Shown one piece after another: positions 24,901 to 32,000 of a DNA stretch of 32,000 nt. The translations under genes were made by a program, and so were the position numbers. This DNA comes from Blochmannia endosymbiont of Camponotus modoc (GTDB lineage: Bacteria; Pseudomonadota; Gammaproteobacteria; Enterobacterales; Enterobacteriaceae). Each line of letters starts with the position of its first letter. Position 1 is the first letter of the stretch. The DNA lies in contig NZ_CP097765.1 of the NCBI RefSeq assembly GCF_023585785.1, forward strand, positions 240,001 to 272,000, written 5' to 3'. The notes below the pieces were generated by a model. That model was not told the origin of the DNA. It did not search any database and saw only the letters and a list, made by a program, of their open reading frames with translations.

Positions 24901-25498
24901 TCCAATTTGGGGATTTGTTGTCCGAGAATGGATATATATAGTACTCAATACCCCCCTTAATAATAATAATTTAACTCTTGCGCAAATAATTCCTAAGAAT
25001 AAAAAAACTGAGCTTAAATTTTATTTATCTATTAATACGTATTTAACATCGAAAGAATTAGACCATTTATGCAAAAAATATGATCCTTTATCACGTAAAT
25101 CTTCATCGCTTACTTTTTTGGATATAACAGGAATGTTAAAAGGATTTATTGATTTAATTTTTCGCTGGAATCATCGGTATTATTTATTAGATTATAAAAC
25201 CAATTGGTTAGGAGACAACAATGAAGATTATGTTGGCTCTAAAATAACACAAGAAATGATTAAACATCATTATGCATTGCAATATCAACTTTATACTTTA
25301 GCGTTGCATCGGTTTCTACGTAATAGACTCGTTTCTTATAACTATGAAAAAGATTTCGGAGGAGTATATTATTTATTTATACGCGGTATGGATGGAACAC
25401 CGTTGAGTAATGGAATTTATTTTTTTCGTCCATTATCGACATTTATTAATGAATTAGATAATTTATTCTTTAAAAATAATCTAAACATCATTAGATGA
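21935..25498 (+). CDS. recB: Exodeoxyribonuclease V subunit beta (RecB helicase-nuclease)
   Basis: 1187 aa. Walker A IEASAGTGKTYT, LIDEFQDTDCQQFKIF, LIGDPKQSIYAFRGADIF, C-terminal nuclease segment GFIDLIFRWNHRYYLLDYKTNWLG. Confidence 0.97.
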   Translation: MRNLNVLELPLYGINLIEASAGTGKTYTLIIIYIRLLLCLGNRSDFSRPLTVQEILVVTFTKSAAQELRHRIRENIHQFRLDCMRGYSNNFLFSKLLLQIHNVELAINQLFEAEKKINQASIFTIHSFCQNILNHNTIELNMLFNTNIVDNETILYQQACADFWRRNFYSLPLNIAKLIQEYWKDPNSLLNDIVPYIYRSRSSLDCYNHDIHEDKKSIITYYEKILDHVNHVKKEWHKNKYNIITIVNSYDINRRIYNKNNLIRWIDRINQWVKRPTIDHTIPNDLQRFRTTELKIHNNSNRSDYICTLFDSIEKLYSQLSSFKTSIFKIAINEIHNDLNNTQHCRSEITLNDLVDVLAHHLVTDKDNKLAHILRTRYPVTLIDEFQDTDCQQFKIFSALYNSDSENGLILIGDPKQSIYAFRGADIFSYMKIRQTVCNKYNLNINWRSSLNIVNAINQLFQLVPNPFIFEDIPFIPSVTASRNSMYRFLINNQSQTAMCFWLHPDEIVTINDYKRSMAQECATILYNLLHEIRNGTAWLENDQYKRKLEISDITVLVRNHEEASLICSALSKVNISTIFLSNHKNIFETMESYELSLLLRAILFPESHTICTALTTIFFGLNATDIESINNNESKQEQIFEKFFEYYSVWKKKGVYLMIQKVIFDHKVPEKLLSTRVGESSLINILHLGELLQDAARQLQDEHALMEWLILKITQPKNKKISDQNLRLGSDHQLIKISTIHKSKGLEFPLIFLPFVADFNYVKNPFFHDRKSYKTHLNFNASESNLILADEERLSEDLRLLYVAVTRSIYHCSIGIGPIVRRYKKKSNTNDLHHSALGYLIQKKTAGNAATLRKHLKRLSVYSNGDISFRIISRSQELFSHVSSVASNQLLCGKNWKTSLNIIPWSITSFSALQHTDVDVTTCLNLEKQLDISEHIQCQENDIPLTPHTFPKGKVCGNFFHSIFQVLDFRKLVDMKWLYAHMAKYNIDPIWGFVVREWIYIVLNTPLNNNNLTLAQIIPKNKKTELKFYLSINTYLTSKELDHLCKKYDPLSRKSSSLTFLDITGMLKGFIDLIFRWNHRYYLLDYKTNWLGDNNEDYVGSKITQEMIKHHYALQYQLYTLALHRFLRNRLVSYNYEKDFGGVYYLFIRGMDGTPLSNGIYFFRPLSTFINELDNLFFKNNLNIIR

Positions 25499-25786
25499 AT
25501 AATGCTTAGATTTTATTTAATAATAGGAACACTATTTTTTTTATAGAATAATAAAGATGCGATCTAATATATTAACGATTTAAGTGTACCTATCTATCTT
25601 AATAAGCACACATACGAACTTACATATAATTATTAATTCAAATAGATAACTTATATCTAAAAAGATACAGTATAAATTATTTAAGTGAAATTTAAAATTG
25701 TAATTATTCGTTTTTAACTAAAAAATACAGTTTTTCTGTCGTTTAAAATATATAAATCTAATACTGTAGACCATAAAAATAGTCCC

Positions 25787-27694
25787 ATGAAAAATATTAT
25801 TAACAATATTTTAAAATTAGGGTTGTGGCATTCACTAGATGTACAATTTGCCGATGTATTAGCTCTTCCCATTTATGATGGGAATCGACATAATAATATA
25901 AAGGAAGCATTAATGTTAGCTAGCGCAACTCTAAGCTCTAACGTTAGGGCTGGTCATGTTTGTTTACCTTTATGGTTTCTTACTCCTGATAAATTATTTC
26001 AAGGAAATTATCCTGAATTAACGTATGCGATATATAGAAAATTGGGGAAATTATCGATATCTGACTGGCAGGAATTATTGCTTTCTTGTCCTGCGGTTAG
26101 TGATGGATCACGGGTCACCCCATTAATATTGGAAAATAAGCGTTTGTACTTACATCACATGTGGCAAGATGAATGCATAGTCGCGCAATTTTTTAATCAT
26201 AAATATCCATCAAATGTTTTTCAAAAAGAAAAAATAATTCATGTATTAAATCAATTATTTCCTATAACTTATACAGAAGTTGATTGGCATAAAATAGCTA
26301 CTGCTATTGGCGTAACGCATCACAGAGTGTTAATTTCTGGAGGACCTGGAACTGGAAAAACATCTATTATAGCGAAGATAGTAGCTGCATTATTGTTATG
26401 CAGCAAGAATCATAATCTAAATATTCAGATAACCGCTCCAACAGGAAAAGCAGCAGCTCTTTTGACTGAATCCTTTAAAACAACAATGCACAATATTCCA
26501 CAATTAGAAAATCTTCTCTTATGTAACTTACCAGAAAAAGCTACTACTCTACATAGTTTACTTAGAACACGATTATATAAAGAAAATATTCAATATAATT
26601 GCTTTGATCTCACACGCTTAGATCTTTTAATTATTGATGAAGCTTCTATGGTTAGTCTATCTATGTTAGCTCAGCTTATTTTGACACTTTCTCCCCAAAC
26701 GAAAGTTATTTTTTTTGGTGATCAATATCAATTATGTTCAGTAGAACCTGGATCCGTATTTAAAGATGTGTGTCAATTTTCTAATTTTTATTATTCTCGT
26801 AAACGTTATCAAGAACTTATAGATCTTACAGGTTACATATTGCCTATTATATCTCCTTCTGAATCATCTGTGCATTATAATTATAATAGTATTATTGATG
26901 GTACATGTATACTAAAGAAAAATTATCGATTTAGTGAAAGTTCAGGAATTAATAAATTATCTGGTGCTATAAATTCAGGAGATTATAATCATGTATTGTC
27001 ATTGTTAAATTCAAACATATACAAGGATTTATATTATATTTATTTTGTAGACAAAAAAAGCTATATAACTATGATTCTTAATTGTGCAATGGCATATTCT
27101 AACTATTTACAAAAATTGAAACACACTCAAATCCTAACAAAAAATATTTTAAAGATTTTCAATCATTATCGCATATTGTGTGCATTGCGTGATGGTCCGT
27201 TCGGAGTAATAAGGATTAATTATTATATTGAACAAATATTAAATGAGAAAGGATTAATTCAATTAAATAATTCTAGGAATTATATAGGTAGACCTATTAT
27301 TATATTACGTAATAAACCAGCATTAGAATTATATAATGGAGATGTTGGGGTATTGTTGTTAAATGATCAAAATAAATTATCTGCATATTTTATTTTACCA
27401 CGAGGAGGTATAAAAGTTATACAAATATATCAATTACCGGAGCATGAAACTTGTTTTGCTATGACTATACATAAAGCGCAAGGATCTGAATTTCAACATA
27501 TCGCAATAATATTACCCAATAAATATACACCATTATTAACACGAGAATTATTCTATACTGCCGTCACTAGAGCTCGTCAATGTCTTTATTTATACGCGAC
27601 AGATCACGTAATAATACGCAGTGTTAATTCGATCACACAACGTTATAGTGGATTATATGAAAAAATAAAAAATCATATAATTCCCATGGTTTAA
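25787..27694 (+). CDS. recD: Exodeoxyribonuclease V subunit alpha (RecD helicase)
   Basis: 635 aa. LDVQFADVLALP..., VLISGGPGTGKTSIIAKI, IIDEASMVSLSMLAQLI, MTIHKAQGSEFQHI, ELFYTAVTRARQ. Confidence 0.96.
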   Translation: MKNIINNILKLGLWHSLDVQFADVLALPIYDGNRHNNIKEALMLASATLSSNVRAGHVCLPLWFLTPDKLFQGNYPELTYAIYRKLGKLSISDWQELLLSCPAVSDGSRVTPLILENKRLYLHHMWQDECIVAQFFNHKYPSNVFQKEKIIHVLNQLFPITYTEVDWHKIATAIGVTHHRVLISGGPGTGKTSIIAKIVAALLLCSKNHNLNIQITAPTGKAAALLTESFKTTMHNIPQLENLLLCNLPEKATTLHSLLRTRLYKENIQYNCFDLTRLDLLIIDEASMVSLSMLAQLILTLSPQTKVIFFGDQYQLCSVEPGSVFKDVCQFSNFYYSRKRYQELIDLTGYILPIISPSESSVHYNYNSIIDGTCILKKNYRFSESSGINKLSGAINSGDYNHVLSLLNSNIYKDLYYIYFVDKKSYITMILNCAMAYSNYLQKLKHTQILTKNILKIFNHYRILCALRDGPFGVIRINYYIEQILNEKGLIQLNNSRNYIGRPIIILRNKPALELYNGDVGVLLLNDQNKLSAYFILPRGGIKVIQIYQLPEHETCFAMTIHKAQGSEFQHIAIILPNKYTPLLTRELFYTAVTRARQCLYLYATDHVIIRSVNSITQRYSGLYEKIKNHIIPMV

Positions 27695-27824
27695 TGAATG
27701 AACAGTTTGTGTTTTATTATGTACATTATTTGAAAATGTGGTGTTATGTGTTGTATTGTGTAATATATGCAATTTTTAATTATAAAATATTTATTATTTT
27801 TTTTGATGTAAAATTTGTAAATCG

Positions 27825-30800
27825 TTATATTATTCTGTACTTCATTGGGTTAAAAAAATAATGTTCTGCAGTTTTAATAATTTTTGAGATGTTTTCTTCA
27901 CTTAAATCAAATGAGATAAGTTTACGTAAATATGGATCGTGACTTTCTCTGAAAAGAGAATATTTGGTACCTTGCCAAACTTGTATTAGTTTTCGATGTG
28001 CTTCTTTTTGACAATATGGATTTGGAGATATTGTTCGAGTATTCCAGTCAAATACATGATTAATCCAAGCTCCTCCAGACTGATATAGTAACAATATGGG
28101 TGTGTTTATACCCGTGCGGTAATCTGATATTAGAGTGAATAATAACTTTTTTGCATGCAGTTTTGATAAATTAGGAAAATGCCATGCATCATTAATACCA
28201 AATAATCGACTATCACCTTTTCCACCTATAGCACAATAAGTTATATGTTCTAGCCACAACAATAATACATCTTTCATAGAAAGATATCGAGGTTTCCAAC
28301 GTGTCAATCCATTTTCTTGCACTGCAGTTAATTGCCCGAATAATCTAGTCGTATCAAATGTTAAAGAAATATCTAGGTTATCTTTTTCAATACAATGATA
28401 CGTTTTTATTTGATTCGCTAATATTGTCATTTTTTTTTGTTGTTTAGTCCAATATAATTTTCCAAATACACCATAAGGTAGAATTCCAGAAGCACACATA
28501 CTATGATATAGTTCATCGGTATTTTTACTATGAATTAGATAATCAATCAATTGCATATTTAATTCATAACGATTGAGTCCATCTACGGAAAAAGGTTCTT
28601 CATTTGATAATTTCAATATATTTTGATCAAAATACACATTTAATCGTTTTTGAAACCATATGCGTACTGGATGGCGATAAAAGTTGTATAAATCTTGAAA
28701 CATTATTGTTTTTGTGAGGTTATGAGAAAACGAAGTATTAAAATTCGGACAGATTAATAAAGAATGATTTGTATTAATATTTGTTGTAGGTAGCCATTCT
28801 TTAGCAAAACTTTGTTTATTATTGTTAGGATTGAAATTTTCAGGAGAAAAAGGAAACGGAGGATACCATTGACATAAACGCTGACGTATATGTTTGATAT
28901 TAATATCTATATCTATATTTTCATGTTCTTTTGAATAAAAATTTAAAGCAATATATTCTAAAAGTTCATTGATTAATACGGAAGGGTAACTCATGCTATT
29001 ATCATAAATTGAGCGCCCGATAAAACTAATATATATCTTTTCTTGAGCTAATAAAAATGCTATCAAAAACGAATAACAATCTTTTTCGTGTATGTTATTG
29101 TCATTTCTACGCGGATTTTTAACCATTAAATTAAAGTCTGGAGATATTTTATTGCGAGGAAACTTATTATCATTCATACCTAAAAAACACACTACTTTAT
29201 AAGGAATACAGAAAATTGGAGTAATATTGCAAAAATTAATTACATTTGGTATAAACCGGGGGATTACAGTGTCTTGTGTTAATTTGCGACATAATTTATC
29301 GCGTAGTGCTGTTATACTTATAGTTTGAGTATATTCTGCTTGTATGCCTGATTCTAATATATCTCTGTAGCAGTTTTTTAAGAAAAGTAAGACTGTTTTG
29401 TTTTCTGAATCCAGATGATCACAATGAAAAAAATCGTCAATTATTTCTTTGAAATAGGATATCCATTCTACCAACGTATAAGAATGACCGAATCGGTCCC
29501 TCCATTTTTTTAATGTTTTTAAAAATTCTCCTAATTGACCAATAATATTGATATGATCTCTGATTATTATATCATCATACGGTAAAATTTTTTCCCAGGT
29601 ATCATGTTGATTTTTTATAGCGTAACCTAATAACATTCTATTTAATCCAAAATTCCAAGTATTTTGATTAATAATAGGTAAATTAAAATTATACATGGTG
29701 TAATCATCAAGTCCCCACCTAATACCAGATTTAATGGTCCATTGGTGTAATAATTTTACTTCTTCTTTGTTCATTTTAAAACGAGATGCAATAGATGGTA
29801 CTGTTAAAAACGACAAAATTTCTTCAGAAGTAAATCGACTATATGGTATGTTAAGTATATTAATAAAAGTTGATATAATTGGATGTGTATTTTTTTTATA
29901 GTTATCTATTGCTATATTAAACGGTAAATGTCGATCTTGTATATTATCAAATATAGTTTGAATAGCTGATTTATAACAGTGTACATCATAAGCCATAACT
30001 ATGATGTCTCCTGGAGACAGCGATGGATCATCTGCCATCATTGATAACAAATTATCATGTAACACTTCTACTTCTCGTTGAATACTATGACAAACATGGC
30101 AAGTAATTGATTGATCTTCTGATGATAATATATGTCGGTGATTATTTGTAGATGTTGTAGTATCAGGTTGTTTTTTTATATTTTTTATATGATTCTGAAA
30201 TTCTAAAATGTTTTTTTGTACAATGTGAAGCAAAGAATCTTGTTTAGGAATAATAAAAGATTTTAGTTCAATTTTATCTTTTAATTGAGTAAACAAAGAT
30301 AAAGTATCATAAGCAACATCGCCCCATGCATCTAATAAAGGATGATTGATATTAGAATAATGACTATGATTGGAAAAATGAACAGCAACAGATGAAGATG
30401 AGCGCAATGCATTCTTATTGCATAATTGGTTTTCTTGTTGTGTTACGTCATACGAATCTTGATCAGATATATAAATCAAATTATGATAACAGGGATTTAT
30501 AAACCATAAGTAAATATCAATATGGTAACTTAATAATTTTAATATATTCCAATATATAGGCGGTATAGATGTTATTCCAAAGATAAATATTCTACTTGGA
30601 AGATAATTAAAAATTATCTTCTGAGTATTTTTTAGAAAATCAATACAACGTTGTAAAGGATATATATTACCCTTCAATTTTTGCTGATTACATCGTATAT
30701 TCTCTAAGAACATACGCCATATTTTTGATTGCCAGGTTTGATGTGTGTCATCTAAATAATTTATTATTTCATTGGATTCCCAATTGTCCAACCAATCTGG

Positions 30801-31226
30801 GCGATATATTAAATATTGAATAAATAAATTGGAAAGTTGTTCAGAAAATTGACTTATTTTTTGTTGATTGACATCACCATATAAGTATTTGTATATAATA
30901 GAGCACTTTTTTGATATTTGCATTTGAGATAATATTTTCATAAATTTCCAATACATGATAGACTGTGAAAAGTTATCTGCTATAAAATTATTAGGTTCTA
31001 TTTTATTAGAAATATACTGCATGAAAGACATTAAAGTCATAAATTTGATATTACATGCGATACCAAAATGATTGGCTATTTCTATCTGTATCCATTGGTC
31101 CATAATACCGTGTTCTGTTAATATTATTTCAGATTGCATGGGATCAGGAAGTGATTTATCTGACATAGTATTAATTAATAGATTTTTGAATGAATTTGAT
31201 TGGTTAGAATGATAAATAGTAAACAT
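27825..31226 (-). CDS. recC: Exodeoxyribonuclease V subunit gamma (RecC)
   Basis: 1133 aa. MFTIYHSN N-terminus, LFIQYLIYRPDWL, SITCHVCHSIQREVEVLHDNLL, IPFKVVCFLGMNDNKFPR, EPFSVDGLNRYELNMQLI. Co-linear with E. coli RecC. Confidence 0.96.
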   Translation of the reverse strand: MFTIYHSNQSNSFKNLLINTMSDKSLPDPMQSEIILTEHGIMDQWIQIEIANHFGIACNIKFMTLMSFMQYISNKIEPNNFIADNFSQSIMYWKFMKILSQMQISKKCSIIYKYLYGDVNQQKISQFSEQLSNLFIQYLIYRPDWLDNWESNEIINYLDDTHQTWQSKIWRMFLENIRCNQQKLKGNIYPLQRCIDFLKNTQKIIFNYLPSRIFIFGITSIPPIYWNILKLLSYHIDIYLWFINPCYHNLIYISDQDSYDVTQQENQLCNKNALRSSSSVAVHFSNHSHYSNINHPLLDAWGDVAYDTLSLFTQLKDKIELKSFIIPKQDSLLHIVQKNILEFQNHIKNIKKQPDTTTSTNNHRHILSSEDQSITCHVCHSIQREVEVLHDNLLSMMADDPSLSPGDIIVMAYDVHCYKSAIQTIFDNIQDRHLPFNIAIDNYKKNTHPIISTFINILNIPYSRFTSEEILSFLTVPSIASRFKMNKEEVKLLHQWTIKSGIRWGLDDYTMYNFNLPIINQNTWNFGLNRMLLGYAIKNQHDTWEKILPYDDIIIRDHINIIGQLGEFLKTLKKWRDRFGHSYTLVEWISYFKEIIDDFFHCDHLDSENKTVLLFLKNCYRDILESGIQAEYTQTISITALRDKLCRKLTQDTVIPRFIPNVINFCNITPIFCIPYKVVCFLGMNDNKFPRNKISPDFNLMVKNPRRNDNNIHEKDCYSFLIAFLLAQEKIYISFIGRSIYDNSMSYPSVLINELLEYIALNFYSKEHENIDIDINIKHIRQRLCQWYPPFPFSPENFNPNNNKQSFAKEWLPTTNINTNHSLLICPNFNTSFSHNLTKTIMFQDLYNFYRHPVRIWFQKRLNVYFDQNILKLSNEEPFSVDGLNRYELNMQLIDYLIHSKNTDELYHSMCASGILPYGVFGKLYWTKQQKKMTILANQIKTYHCIEKDNLDISLTFDTTRLFGQLTAVQENGLTRWKPRYLSMKDVLLLWLEHITYCAIGGKGDSRLFGINDAWHFPNLSKLHAKKLLFTLISDYRTGINTPILLLYQSGGAWINHVFDWNTRTISPNPYCQKEAHRKLIQVWQGTKYSLFRESHDPYLRKLISFDLSEENISKIIKTAEHYFFNPMKYRII

Positions 31227-31285
31227 TGCGTAATAAAATTATTTAATTTAAATGGGGTATGTTTTTATTAAACTGATATCTATAT

Positions 31286-31307
31286 ATCCTCTATATATAC
31301 AGAGGAT
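31286..31307. other. Short perfect inverted repeat (potential hairpin) in the presumed recC 5' leader
   Basis: ATCCTCT (31286-31292) - ATATATAC - AGAGGAT (31301-31307). A TATAAT-like hexamer lies on the minus strand at 31331-31326, just upstream of it. Confidence 0.4.
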
Positions 31308-31683
31308 GGACCATGTTTGTTTATAATTATAACGAAAAATATATTATATATATACTTTGACAGTTATTATTTTAAACAAAAACAATTTTATTAGTTTACA
31401 TATTTTAAAAAATAGAAAAAATAAATAAATTGTTTTCCATGATATGGACTATTTAAAAAAAAAATTAAATTTTTTCAATTATTATTGATTTGTGATATAT
31501 ATATTATATAAATATGGCAGCTAATAGATACATATAAATTTTTAATGTTTAAAAAAAAGATATGTAAATAATTAATAAAAATCAAACTTAATTTAAAGCA
31601 TGAGAGTTATTTTAACAAATAATAACGTATCCAAATTAATTGACATAGATTTTTTAATTATATTGATAACTTTGATAAATCAA

Positions 31684-32000
31684 TTACCTATAAGCAAGAT
31701 AAACTATAATCGTTCCTAATATAATCATAGGGCATGACAAAATTTGTCCCATGGTGGCTATGTTGTTAATTAATCCTAACTGACTATCAGGTTGACGAAA
31801 AATTTCCACTATAATACGAAACACCCCATAACAAATCAGAAATAAACCAGACACACTACCCACGGGATGTGGTTGACGAATAAACTTACTTATGATAATA
31901 AATAATATTACTCCCTCTAAAAACATTTCATATAATTGAGATGGATGACGAGGAAGAACACCGTAACTATCAAATAGTGGTTCCCATTCAGGATGATCTG
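31684..32000 (-). CDS. lgt: Prolipoprotein diacylglyceryl transferase, C-terminal part; extends past the right window edge
   Basis: The track lists only an internal-Met ORF (31684-31926). The frame is open to 32000 and reads ...[35 protein letters not shown]...[25 protein letters not shown], an Lgt signature. Confidence 0.94.
   Translation of the reverse strand, partial: DHPEWEPLFDSYGVLPRHPSQLYEMFLEGVILFIIISKFIRQPHPVGSVSGLFLICYGVFRIIVEIFRQPDSQLGLINNIATMGQILSCPMIILGTIIVYLAYR

Noticed and set aside
1-32000. Search for Chi (GCTGGTGG / CCACCAGC), tRNA genes, CRISPR repeats, transposases, prophage or toxin-antitoxin pairs
   Set aside because: None seen on reading. The exact Chi count needs a string search, and absence of a GC-rich 8-mer in 32 kb of AT-rich DNA would be uninformative by itself.

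Overview
AT-rich chromosomal window from a reduced gammaproteobacterial genome. Gene content and protein similarity look like an insect endosymbiont of the Candidatus Blochmannia type; this genus assignment is inference, not proven. Positions 1-19.3 kb hold a minus-strand block in classical enterobacterial order: rpsB-tsf-pyrH-frr-dxr-uppS-cdsA-rseP-bamA-skp-lpxD-fabZ-lpxA-lpxB-rnhB-dnaE-accA. It is followed by map and dapD (+), with no glnD between them, then recB and recD (+), then recC and lgt (-). I see no mobile element, CRISPR array, tRNA/rRNA, toxin/defence locus or orphan gene cluster. I do not think the window contains a new multi-gene system. The most interesting signals are: (1) RecC aligns without gaps to E. 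coli RecC over its first ~150 residues, yet several residues reported to form the Chi-recognition pocket are substituted, while the RecB nuclease/helicase motifs and the RecD ATPase motif look intact; (2) recBD is inverted relative to recC-lgt, with ptrA and thyA missing and the usual recB/recD overlap replaced by a 288-bp gap; (3) several 9-nt homopolymer tracts lie inside conserved genes, making them candidates for polymerase slippage; (4) there are a few eroded intergenic regions and small hairpins.
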